Origin: Squalus acanthias
Lineage: Eukaryota
Assembly: GCA_030390025.1 (NCBI GenBank)
Contig: CM059431.1
Coordinates: 107,510,001 to 107,574,000, forward strand
Direction of reading: 5' to 3'
DNA: 64,000 bases
The notes under the pieces: generated by a model
What the model was told of the DNA's origin: nothing
The model's database searches: none
Seen by the model: the letters and a program-made list of their open reading frames with translations, nothing else
Made by a program: the position numbers and the translations under genes
Part shown: piece by piece, positions 24,646 to 36,095 of the stretch
Layout of the letters: the number at the start of each line of letters is the position of its first letter
How positions within the stretch are numbered: the first letter of the stretch is position 1

Positions 24646-25759
24646 CTCAGAAACCAGCATTTTCGCTGTGTCAGGACTTTTTATACAAAATTGCAGTATT
24701 CAAGCAGAAAAATCACAATACACATGTTAAGCATAGATATTTATTTTCGTGATTTGTTGTGGGACGTCAAATCACACATAATGAAAATACTACAGTTGAA
24801 GTCACTACTAATATGCCTGTTCTCAAATTGTCTGGGTCCTTCTGATAATCTCTGCCTAGCGTTGTGAATAGAACACTTACAATTTGCAATTGTGATCTTT
24901 CGATAGCATTTTTCCTCATGATGGATTCTTTTTGCTGTTTTTTAAAAAAATGTTTGGAAGATGAGCCGTTGGTTTGTACAGTGCTGGCAGTGGGAGCTGT
25001 GGACTCGTGGCACTGTTCTGGGTTCGAGTAATACCTAAGTAGCTTCAATAAAAGGCAATATAAACGGATTAATCGTCGCTGGTGAAATAGGCAGGTGCAT
25101 AGCAGATGAAATTTAATGCAGAGAAGTGTGAAGTGATGCATTTTCTGGCCAAATTACCCTTTGTTCTGATCTTGATGGGGGAAATCTGTCACTGTAGACT
25201 GCAAAAAGTGAGAACAAAATTTCTCTCTCATGATCATTGTCGACTCGTTCAGATGCAACCAAGTCCTGTGAGAATAAATTATGTGCAATCTAAAATTTGT
25301 ATTGGTGCAATTTTTAACAACAGTTGGGAAACATGAAAAAGCTTATTGTTGGTAATTACTTCACAAGATGCTGTAGAGCAACTGATGACAGCTATTATTA
25401 AAACATGTTCATTGTTGAGCTGGTAACAGAGGCACTGGGCGTAATGAAATAGTCTATACAAATGAAAAAGGAGTCAGGAGATCGTTCTTTCAGTCTTTGT
25501 AAAGTCTAAAGTTGAACACTGATTGTAATAATGGAGGCATTGTGCAAGCTTCCTTAGAACACTACTTAGCATTCCTTCCATTACATCCCTACAGAATACA
25601 GAAGCATGCCTCCTACTATAATATAATGGACCTATCCTTGCCTTACTCATAAGGGCATCAGAGCACATAGTGTGGAACTTTCAGCTTTGGTGGGGATGTA
25701 AAATGGATGATATCGGATTGATTGCCCATTATACACCTCCTCCAACTTTTCTTTCCATT

Positions 25760-27560
25760 GAAGTGAAGGTACCCAATCAAAATTTGCCGATGACACCAAT
25801 TTGGAGGCATGCCAAGTTGTGATGAGGATTGTGAAAGACAGCAGGGTGACGTTGGATAGGCTAGCAGAATGGCCCATGCAGGGTTCGGTATCAGGACCAC
25901 TGCTCTTTTCGATATATATTAATGACCCGGACTTGGGTATAAAGAGCATAATTTCAAAGTTTGCAGCTAACACAAGACTTGGAAATGTAGTACAGGAAAC
26001 TCTTTGGTATCCGGCACCTACGGGACCGGGATGGTGCCGGTTGATTAAAAATTCCGGATAACGGAGAGGGTTATCTACCAAGGCTATTTTTAACAAACAA
26101 AGAGTCAGACTCCTGTTATTGAGGTGTTCAGATTCCGACAGCGCCAAGAGGCCGAGTAGTGGCAGTTTGGAGAACTACCCCCACTGACCAACTCGGCCAC
26201 CGCGGGAGACTCGGACTCGGACTCGGCAACATTTCCGGTTATTGAGGTGTTTTTGGAGTATGAATTTTGCCGGTTAATAGAGAATTCCGGATATTTAGGT
26301 GCCGTTTAAACGAGAGTTTCCTGTAAATGGTGAGGATGATAGTGGCAGACTTCAGGAGGACATAGACAGACTGGTGAAATGGGCAGATGCATGAAGTGTG
26401 AAGTGATGCATTTTGGAAGGAAGAAAGCAGAGAGGCAATATAAACGAAATGGTGAAATTTTAAAGGCGATGCAAGAACAGAGAAACTTGGGGGTTCTCAT
26501 AAACAAGTCTATGACGGGGGTTACACAAGTTGATAAGGCTGTTGAAAAAGCATGCGGGATCCTCGGCTTTGTAAGCAGAGGCATAAAAGCAAGGAAATTA
26601 TGCCAAACCTTTATAAATCACTGGTTCTGCCTCAGATGGAGAATTGTGTCCAACTCTGGGCACTACACTTCAGGAAGGATGTCAAGGCCTTGGAGAGGGT
26701 GCAGAGGAGATTTACTAGAATGCATGAGGGAATTCTGTTATGTGGAGAGACTAGAGAATCTGGGATTGTTCTCCTTAGAGCAGAGAAGGTTAAGGGGAGA
26801 TAGATTTTGGAAGTGAGTATAGAGACTGGAAGTGCACCTAATATGGTAAGATTTTAGCAAAGTAGAGGTGCAGAAAGGACCTTGATGTGCAGATACACAG
26901 ATCATTAAAGATAGCAGCATGGGCTCGAGGGGACGAATGGCCTCCTGCTGTGCTGTAACCATTCTATGATTCTAATTAGGTGAGGCCACAAACTGAATTA
27001 TTGTCATTGTATCTGGAGGCATGGAATACAGAAACAAGATGGTAATGTTGAACTTGTGTCAGGCCTTAGTTAGGCTGCAGTTGGAGTATTGAGTACAGTT
27101 TTGAACATCCCATTATACGAAGGACGGACTGTCGGGAAGATTCACAGATATGTTACCAGGAATGAAGGTTTCCAGTTATGAAGAAAGAGTTGAGAAGCAA
27201 ACCTTTTTCACTGGAGCTGAGAAGTTTTCAAGACAATGAAGCATTATGAGTGAGTAAATAGTCAAAGGTTGTTTCTATTGATTGGCGAGACAGTGATGAG
27301 AAGGCATCAATTTAAGATCATTAGAAGAAGCATTAATGGGAAGTTAGAGAAACAGTCTTTGCCCAGATGCGGTTAGATTATGGAATGTTCTGCAATAAAT
27401 CTGTTGTTGAAACAGAGTTCATAAAAGGGAATTTCGTAGTTGTTTGAAAAGAGTAATTTCAAAGGGTATGGAGAGTGAGCTGGAGAGTGGAGCAAGACAC
27501 AGACACGGGCTTGATTGGTCAAGTGGCCTGTTTATGTTCTGTAACCTCCTGTGGTTGTAT
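25760..27560 (+). mobile_element. Cluster of degraded CR1 RT fragments
   Basis: QGSVSGPLLFSIYIND..ISKFAAN, KCEVMHFGRK and LFSLEQRRLRGD. CR1 tails near 26970 and 27560. Confidence 0.85.
25993..26323. mobile_element. Tc1/mariner (pogo/Tigger-like) MITE
   Basis: TIRs caggaaactc / gagtttcctg with TA duplication (25991-25992, 26324-26325). Interrupts CR1 at ggaaatgtagta|aat. Confidence 0.85.
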
Positions 27561-27678
27561 GAAAACCACGGTGACCATTAAAGAATCACTGACACGATTG
27601 GCAGCAACAGGAATAGGAGCACAGGTGATGGATCAGTTTTAATTTCAGAACTTTAGAACAGGCCCCCTTAAAGATAAC

Positions 27679-28472
27679 GGCCCGGAATTTGCGTGGTCGG
27701 GATGACAGCGAACTGGCAGCGTTCGCTGTCACTGCGCCTTTGAAACTGACCGCAGCTTTAGGAAATCCTGAAGTTGCGGTCTGTCAATTACATCTCGGAA
27801 ACTGGCAGCGCCGTGCACCCAGCCCCCCCTCCCCCCCACCCCCGCCCCCTGCTCCTCATCCCACAGAGCCGGCAATCAGTGAAATCTTGTAAATCATTGA
27901 AACGGATGAAAACTTCGGCTCTTCCGCAGTAATTACGCTGTTAAATTCCCCACTAAAAGTTAGACCCAAAGGGGTTAGCTGTAACGGGGGGTTTAACAGT
28001 GTATTGACCACTAACTAAATGTTAATGTCCTGGAAAACTAATTTTAATTTTGTGCAGTGTGAAATTTGTCCATTTTAACAAAAATTAAAATCTTCAAGAG
28101 ACGCTTCAAAAAAATGGTTTTTTTTTAATTTTGAAGATTGTGCATCTTTATTTTAGTTTTGCCTTCGCCCCGTGTGAGAACCTCAATCTTTCTTTTGCTC
28201 TCTCGAACTGTTTTAAAATGCTAGAATTTTAAGGGCTTACTCACTTCCTTGTTCGCTGTCTGCGAGAATTCTGCCTTCGATTGGCTGCTTAGGCAGCTTG
28301 TTGGCATCACAGCAGCTCGCACTTGGGGATCCCCATTAAGTTCCGTTGAATTGAATTCAAGGTCGCAAAACCCGAAGTTCTCGACACAGGGATTGCGAGA
28401 TCCTTGCGTGGAGCGTACTTCGAGGCCAGCTGCGAACGCCTTCGCTTCGCTGCTGGTCGCAATCTCCGGGCC
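27679..28472. mobile_element. Harbinger-type MITE, family E
   Basis: Termini ggcccggaatttgcg / cgcaatctccgggcc, TSD AAC, and an AT-rich centre. Confidence 0.85.
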
Positions 28473-28714
28473 AACAACACATGCATCATTTTCCTCTTGT
28501 GATTCCGCCATAAAGCTATGGATCGTTACTCTGGATGACTGCTTTCTGTCACAAGTAAGGAGCCAAACTAGAAAACCAAGCTGTTAACATTCTAGAGAAA
28601 ACATGCAATGCCTTTTTAAAGAAATTTTAGAATAAATATATATGTATATTTTAAAGAAAATAAGTGATCTAAGGGAAGTATTACAGTGACGTTCTCCAAG
28701 GTTCAGTACTAGGA

Positions 28715-29676
28715 CTTGGACTTGGGCGTAAAGGGCACAATTTTGAAATATGCAGATGACACAAAAGTTGGAATTGTAGTAAACAGTGAGGAAGATAGCA
28801 ATAGACTTCAAGAGGACGTAGACAGGCTGGTGGGATGGGCAGACATATGGCAGATGAAATTCAATGCAGAAAAGTGTGAGGTGATACATTTTGGTAGGAA
28901 GAATGAGGAGAGACAATAAAAGCTGAACGGTACAATTTTAAAGGGGGTGCAAGAACAGAGAGACCTGGGATGTTTGTGCACAAATCTTTGAAGGTGGCAG
29001 GACAGGTCAACAAAGCAGTTAATAAAGCATCTGGGATCCTGGGCTTTATAAACAGAGGCAGAGAGTACAAAAGCCAGAAAGTTATGTTAAACCTATATAA
29101 AATACTAGTTCAGCCCCAACTGGAGTATTGTGTCCAATTCTGGGCACCACACTTTAGGAAGGATGGTAAGGCCTTAGAGAGGGTGCAGAGGAAATTTATT
29201 AGAATGGTACCAGGGATTAAAGACTTCAGTTGGTTGGATAGACTGGAAAAGCTGGGGTTGTTCTCCTTTGAGCAGAGAAGGCTATGAGGAGATTTAATTG
29301 AGGTGTTTAAAATCATGACGTCTTTAGATAGAGTAAATAAAGAGAAACTGTTTCCAATGGCCGAAGGGTCGATAACCTAAGGGCATAGATTTAAGGTGAT
29401 TGGCAAATGAACCAGAGGCAACATGAGGAAAAACTTTTTTATGCAACGAGTGGTTAGGATTTGGAATGCACTGCCTGATAGGGTGGTGGATACAGATTCA
29501 ATAGTAGCCTTCAAAAGGGAATTAGATAAATACTTGAAGGAGAAAAACTGCAGTGATATGGGGAAAGATCGGGGGAGTGGGACTGACTGGATTGCTCTTC
29601 GAAAGAGCCGGGCGCAGACTCGATGGGCCGAATTGCCTCCTTCTTTGCTTTACTATTCTATGACTCTATGATTCTA
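28715..29676 (+). mobile_element. CR1 3' fragment
   Basis: LKYADDTKVG...WQMKFNAEKCEVIHFG and [11 protein letters not shown], with a (ttctatga)n tail. Confidence 0.92.
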
Positions 29677-30255
29677 AATCACTTCAGAAATTATTAAGAG
29701 CGTAACACTTTTAATATTTTTAGTGCGTTAGAAATGTGAGTGGATGAGTAAAAACAAATAGTACAAGAATCTGTCGAGGCTCCGATTTTAATTCCAGGTG
29801 GATTCCCCGCTCAGGCCTGAGTTAAAATTACAGTTGGGACTCAATGATGTCATTGGGCCGCAACATGCCTGTGTAAAGAAGGACCCTGTTGGCTCCGGGC
29901 GCGTGTCCTTGCTGCCTGCTCAGGAGAGGAGATTAAAATTGTAGCTTTTCCAATCATGGCGGCTTTCGGACAGGTAAGAGCCAGGAGCAATTTTAACTGC
30001 CCACCCACCAGGTTTCTGCTGAGTGAGTAGGGTTAAAATCACTCACAAAGGCAGCATTCTCAGATTGGAAAAGAAAGCAGTTACTGTTCTACATTGAAAT
30101 CAAAATTTAAGGTGATTTTTGTCCCGTTAGTAGAGTCTTGTGAAGATTTGTGATTTCTCCAGGGCTAAATGGACCACCCAGTGATAGCCAATGATTGTAA
30201 AGTCTAGCGATGTTATGAATATCATCGTGTCAATGGTGTAATTCTACCTGACAGT

Positions 30256-30398
30256 GGGGGTAATTTTGACTTTGAGTGATAGCGTCACCTCTCCCGCCCA
30301 TTGACTTCAATGGAAACAAAAATCAGGAGAGGCGTTTAACGGGTGGCCGAGCCGATATTGCATGCTTTACACTATCATCCAAAGTCATAATTACCCCC
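30256..30398. mobile_element. Small Harbinger-type MITE (143 bp)
   Basis: TIRs gggggtaattttgactttg / caaagtcataattaccccc with TSD AGT. A more degraded MITE-like piece lies at about 29777-30044. Confidence 0.8.
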
Positions 30399-31049
30399 AG
30401 TGCCACCAAAGAAAAAGGAACAGTAATGCAAGGGTAGATTTGGAACATTCAAACTGGGAAGTAAGGGTAGACCCTGGAAGTCATATATTTATAGCAGAGA
30501 CATTTGAGTCATGTGCAATATTGGCTTTGTGTTCACTTGTTTCATTTCCTCTTAGCTTGGAAGATGAACAAGCAATGCTTGACAAAAGATTGAATTAACT
30601 GTTAAAAGAAGTGCAGACTAATGATTATGGTTTTGCATTCATCAGAACCAGGCTGAGCAGAAGAACTGACTTGAATCAAATAAGAAAGAATCTGCAAAAG
30701 ATGACATTTGGGATAATAGGAAATTCTACAGCTTAGGGTTATAAAATGAATGAGTTTCACCAGGGGTAGAAGTCAGGACACTATCTGGTCGTGACTTAAA
30801 TAAGTTTGGGTCAGTTTGATTTCAGTGGGATTGAGGTAAACCAATGCAGACTGGTTCACTGATAGTGACAAATATATTAGTGATGTAATTGTGTTTGTCT
30901 AAAAAACTACTGCACCTTAATCAGTAAAATTATTAAAATACGAAATATTGCAAAACTATGAGTGAAGCAAAGAGAGAATATGTACAGTGACGATGCATTA
31001 TGAAGTCATGCGGAAGAACAAGAGAACTCTTGTTTGCACGCTACACAAT

Positions 31050-31785
31050 GGCCCAAAAATTCGGCCGTTCCCGGGTGAGTACACAGTCCGTACTCACCCG
31101 TATTCATTCCCGAAGTGCCGGTTTCCTGCATGCACTGCGCATGCGCGGGAAACCGGAACTTCCGGTATGGTGAAGGGGGCTGTTCCTAGGTGAACCGCGT
31201 GCGCGCTAGAGGCTGCGCGCACGCAGCACACTTAGATTTTTTTTCAGGTTTCAACGCGAGGGTAAGTATTGAAGATTCTACGCTAATAAAAAGGAGGCGT
31301 AAGACCCCTTTTGAACAAGGTAAGTAGTTAAATAAGTATAATTTTAAATTTTTTCAACAGGTTTATCTTTTTTAGATACTTTAAAGAAAGGTAAGTTTAT
31401 TTTTATAACTTTTAAAAAGTATTTTAATTTTTTCAAAAATTTTAATTTTTGTTTAAAGTGGTTAAATGTGATGGTTTTTTAAAAATTTATTTGAGGTTTA
31501 GCTGTTCTTTTGGGGCTGATTTCAATTCACAGATTTGACAGGTCTCCTGTCAAATCTATGAATGAAAGATGGTCTGCTGCCATTGGCTCTCCATGGCCCA
31601 TGTGATCCCAGGGGTTGCATCGCACTAACTGCGCCCCTGGAACACGCAAGCACTGCGCGCCGGCACTTGGGAGAGGCCCGGGACCCGAAGTTCCCGTGGG
31701 CCCAAAACACAACGGCAGGCGCGGTGGGTAAGAGCGCGCGCGATCCTTACCCCCGCGGCAAGCCGGCCACGCGAATTTCTAGGCC
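31050..31785. mobile_element. Harbinger-type MITE, family A (copy 2, inverted relative to copy 1)
   Basis: Reverse complement of 7913-8669 with few differences. Flanks are aat / att. Confidence 0.9.
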
Positions 31786-33149
31786 ATTATGTATTAAATT
31801 GGTAATATTTAAAGCTGGGCAATTTGGCTCACGCAGCTTAGCGTAACTCAACCTTAGTACCAGAGAAAAGGACAAACTGCTACATTGCAATCAGTCAGGT
31901 GACTATAAGTAAGTGCTATTGCTGAATTTAAAACTGGGTGAATCCTCCTATCTGGTAAGCTACTCTATTCAGCGATATTTCTATCCCCTGTGTAATTAAA
32001 TGTCCCAGATAGTGTAGAGTCTTACTTCTGCGTGGTTTATAAGCTCAATTGAAAGGCTATCATTGTGCATTAAAAATAAGTTACTGAATTGACCTGCCTA
32101 CCATTGACCCTATTTGGAGTCTTGAGTTTTCCCAAATACATTTCTTAAAATATACTGCTGTTATCTCATCTAAGTTGACTATACCCTTCTGAATGAAATA
32201 CAGAGCGTCTTCTGCTAATCAATGAAGTCTCCACTTAGAGCAGTAAATCTTAATGGCCTCATTAATATTTAGCTGTTTCTAACTGTTTTCTAAGGGAAAT
32301 AATGAGATCTTGCAAGCATTGGCATTTTTGTTGGAGTTGAAAATTAATAATTAATTCCTTTACAATAAAAACACTTTTTAAAAAATATTCCCGGTGATGT
32401 TGTCCATTTTCTCAGTATCGCATTATTATTCAAATGGGTCTAGCAAAATACAGCAGTAATAAAAATTACAATTATGTGTATGAGCAGTTAATAAAAATTG
32501 GTATGAAACTGCAGATCAGCTGCAACCCTTATATTGGTCTCATGCAGCCCTATAATTTCAAACGTATGGAACAAATTAACAATGAATTTCTTTTTTCCAA
32601 GAGTCCTCAGGGAGAATAATTTAAGGCCTAGAAATTGGTTTGCACTGGCCTGGAACTGGGCGCAGTGAGTGATTCCTGCAAGGGAACGGGTAGGCCTGAT
32701 GCACACCTGATATTGGGGCTCGGGCCTCATTTAAAAGAGACATCTCGCCGGGGAGTCGCCGCTGAATTATGATTCGCTGCCATGCCAACAGCGGCCCTCA
32801 ATCAGGACGGGGACGGGGGGGTGGGTGCGGAGAGGTGACTGGGAATGGGCAGAAGCGATGGGGAGAGAGCCGGGGGCGGGGGGTGCAATCGGGAGAGAGA
32901 GAGAAGCAATTAGGAGGTGGGGAGGAATGATTGGAAGAGGGGGTAAGCATATTGGGACAAGGACGGGAGCGATCAGCTGGCGGCAATCGGGAGAGAGCTG
33001 AGCGGGAGCCAGCAACAAACTTCAGCTCCACATTCATTTACGTATCTTTTAACAAACTTATCTTTTTGATGGCGGCCTCCAGTGGTTCCTTTAAGAAACG
33101 ATTTCCTGAACATAGCCGTCTCAGTGCCATCTGTGTTCAGGGCAGACTT

Positions 33150-34445
33150 AGGCTGGAGTTTTGTGGAAGAAGGCGGTTTGGGGGCGGGGGGTCTCCGAGA
33201 CGGTCTGGAAACCTGGGAGCCGGGTTTCCTGCAGGCCCTGCTGACTTTAACGGCAGGGCCTGATTTGCATGTGAGGCCTCGGTTTCCCGCCCGCAGCCAG
33301 CCAGATTGAGAGGCTGGCTGGCTGCGGGCAGGTAGGCCTTCGGCTGAACAGAGGGGGGTGGGAGGGTTCACATGAGGGCCAGCTGATAAATGGATCGGGG
33401 TGTGGGGGGTTAGAGGATTGGGGGTCAGATCGGGCTGGGCCATTAAATGGATCGGGACGGGTGGTGGTGTGGGAGAGAGGATCGGGGGTCAGGCAGACAA
33501 TCCGGGGGGAGAGAGAATCAAGGGTCGGGCAGACGATCAGTGAGGGGGTAGAGGATCGGGGTGGGGGGGAGAGAGGATTGGGGGTCGGGCAGACGATTGA
33601 GGGGGAGAGAGAATCAAGAGTCGGGCAGACGATCGAAGGGGGGGGGGTAGAGGATCGGGCTGGGGGGGGAGAGAGGATTGGGGGTCGGGCAGACGATTGG
33701 GGGGGAGAGAGAATCAAGGGTCGGGCAGACGATCGAAGGGGTGGGTAGAGGATCGGGGTGGGGGGAGAGAGGATTGGGGGTCAGGCAGACGATTGAGGGG
33801 GAGAGAGAATCAAGGGTCGGGCAGACGATCAGTGAGGGGGTAGAGGATCGGGGTGGGGGGAGAGAGGATTGGGGGTCAGGCAGACGATTGAGGGGGAGAG
33901 AGAATCAAGGGTCGGGCAGACGATCAGTGAGGGGGTAGAGGATCGGGGTGGGGGGAGAGAGGATTGGGGGTCGGGCAGATGATTGGGGGGGAGAGAGAAT
34001 TGTGGCCGGCCTGAGCATCATCGCTGGGGGCAGGGTGGGGGGAATGCCTGGGAAGGCAATATGAGGTCTCGTGAGGGGTTCCCCGATTGCGGGGGTGGGT
34101 TAGGCAGGGACCCTGGATCCAGGAGGTAGGTATAAAGCCACTTACCTCCTGGATCCAGCAATCCTCGCCTTGCTGCAATTGCCGAATTTCATGAATTGTG
34201 TGAAACCCGTCCACATGCAGTTAAAAACAAAATGGAGGTTAAAAAAAGAGGCTTCCAGCCTCATTACAATATTTAAATTGACGTTCCGTCCCCTAAAAGT
34301 GAGTTGGTCGCCCGCCCTGTCCCGCCTCCGTTAAAACCAGAAGTGAGCGGGTCGGAGGCAGGATCAGGTCGGGATTCCCATTTTTAACAATTTAACTACC
34401 CCCACGCTCCGAACCCACCCATTTTTTAAGGTTAAAATTCCCCCC
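33150..34445. mobile_element. Harbinger-type MITE, family C (nested), with an internal minisatellite
   Basis: Termini aggctggagtttt / aaaattccccc. Homologous in reverse to 52140-52946. Confidence 0.8.
33470..34000. repeat. G-rich minisatellite, period about 96-100 bp, about 5 copies
   Basis: gagaatcaag recurs at 33513, 33609, 33709, 33805 and 33900. Subunits are ggtcgggcagacgat and gaggatcgggg. Confidence 0.9.
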
Positions 34446-34697
34446 TGATAGTGCAAAAATGGGCTGAAACAGGCATTATTAGCCACTTTATGAAAAGATT
34501 TTGGGTGTGGTCCCTGGATGCCTCTTTTTCTGCCTTTACCAATATGGTGGGTGGTGCACTTCCCACCCAGAATATGCGTTTGCATGCTGCTCAGCACATT
34601 GGACACTTCGGTGCCCACTTTGTGCCTGAAAAGTGTGTGCGGCGCCAACAAACTTCTAGGCCAAAGTACTTTCGTCAAGAGTGTCAGGGCAAGCCAT

Positions 34698-35530
34698 TAT
34701 AGAATCATAAAATCATACAACACAAAAGGAGACCATTCGGCCCATCATGCCTGTGCCGGCTCTAGGAACATAGGAACATAGAAACAGAAGTAGGCCATTC
34801 AGCCCCTCGAGCCTGTTCCGCCATTCAATGAGATCATGGCTGATCTGTGACCTAACTCCATAGACCCGCCTTTGTCCCATATCCCTTAATACCTTTGGTT
34901 AACAAAAAGTTATCAATCTCAGATTTAAAATTAACAATTGATCTAGCATCAATTGCCATTTGCGGAAGTGAGTTCCAAACTTCTACCACCCTTTGTGTGT
35001 AGAAGTATTTCCTAACTTCACTCCTGAAATTTTTAGATTATGCCCCCTAGTCCTAGACTCCCCAACCAGCGGAAATAATTTTTCTCTATCTATCCTTTCT
35101 GTTCCCCTTAACATCTTGAAAACTTCAAACAAATCATCCCCTTACCTTCTAAATTCCAGGGAATACAACCCTAGTTTGTGCAATCTCTCCTCATAATTTA
35201 ACCCTTGGAGTCCAGGTATCATTCTGGTAAATCTACGCTGCACTCCCTCTCCCTCCAAGGCCAATATGCCCTTCTGAAAGAACTACCAATTGTCCCACTT
35301 CCCTGCTCTTTCCCCATAGCCCAGCAAATATTTCCTTTTTAAGTAAAGATCCAATTCCCTTTTGAAAGTTACTATTGAATCTGCTTCCACCACTCTTTCA
35401 GACAGTGCATTCTAGATCATAACAATTTGCTGCATAAAAAAAAAATCTTATTTCCCCCCCTGGATCTTTTGCCAATTATTTTAAATCCATATCCTCTCGT
35501 AACCAACCCTCCTGCCAGTGGAAACAGTTT
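34698..35530 (-). mobile_element. Two nested CR1 3' fragments
   Basis: A CR1 with a (taggaaca)n tail at 34763-35250 is inserted into a CR1 with a tagaatca tail (34698-34762, resuming at about 35270). Confidence 0.8.
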
Positions 35531-35667
35531 AGAACTTCACACAAATATATTTCAAAAACTGTAAGTGGCATTCAGCACTCTGAGGAAATAATCTCCACTG
35601 TTTGAAGAATATTTAAATAGATATTTACTTTGACAATCAGGTGCAAAAAAGGAAAGAATGAAAATAA

Positions 35668-36095
35668 AGAAAGACCTGCATTTCATTAGTGCCTTTCACA
35701 GCCTCAGGATGTTCCAAAATGCTTAACAGCCATTGAAATACTTTTGAAGTGTAGTCACTGTTGTAATGTAAGAAAGGGGGCAGCCAATTTGAGCACAGCA
35801 AGGTCCCACAAACAGCAAGGTGATAATGACCAGATAATCTGTGGATTGAGGGAAAATATTGGCCAGGACACCAGGGAGAACACCCCTACTCTTCTTTGAT
35901 ATAGTGCCATGGGATCATTCACATCCACCTGAGAGGGCAGACAGGACCTCAGCTTATTATCTCATCTGAAAGACAGCACCTCTGACAGTGCAGCACTCCC
36001 TCAGTCTAGATTTTGTGCTCAAGCCTCTGGGCTGGGCTGTGAACCCACAACCTTCTGACTCAGAGGCAAGACTGGTACCCACTGAGCCACAGCTG
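35668..36095 (-). mobile_element. DeuSINE, near full length
   Basis: Reverse complement of the 5088 SINE, including the tRNA head. Confidence 0.85.

Larger units (their letters stand above)
32625..34662. mobile_element. Harbinger-type MITE (outer element) hosting a nested MITE
   Basis: Termini ggcctagaaatt / aacttctaggcc, flanks taa / aaa. Confidence 0.75.

Noticed and set aside
7913..31785. Composite transposon bounded by the two inverted family A MITEs
   Set aside because: Copy 1 has its own AAT TSD inside a continuous CR1, and the outer flanks (aat/att) do not match. These are independent insertions.
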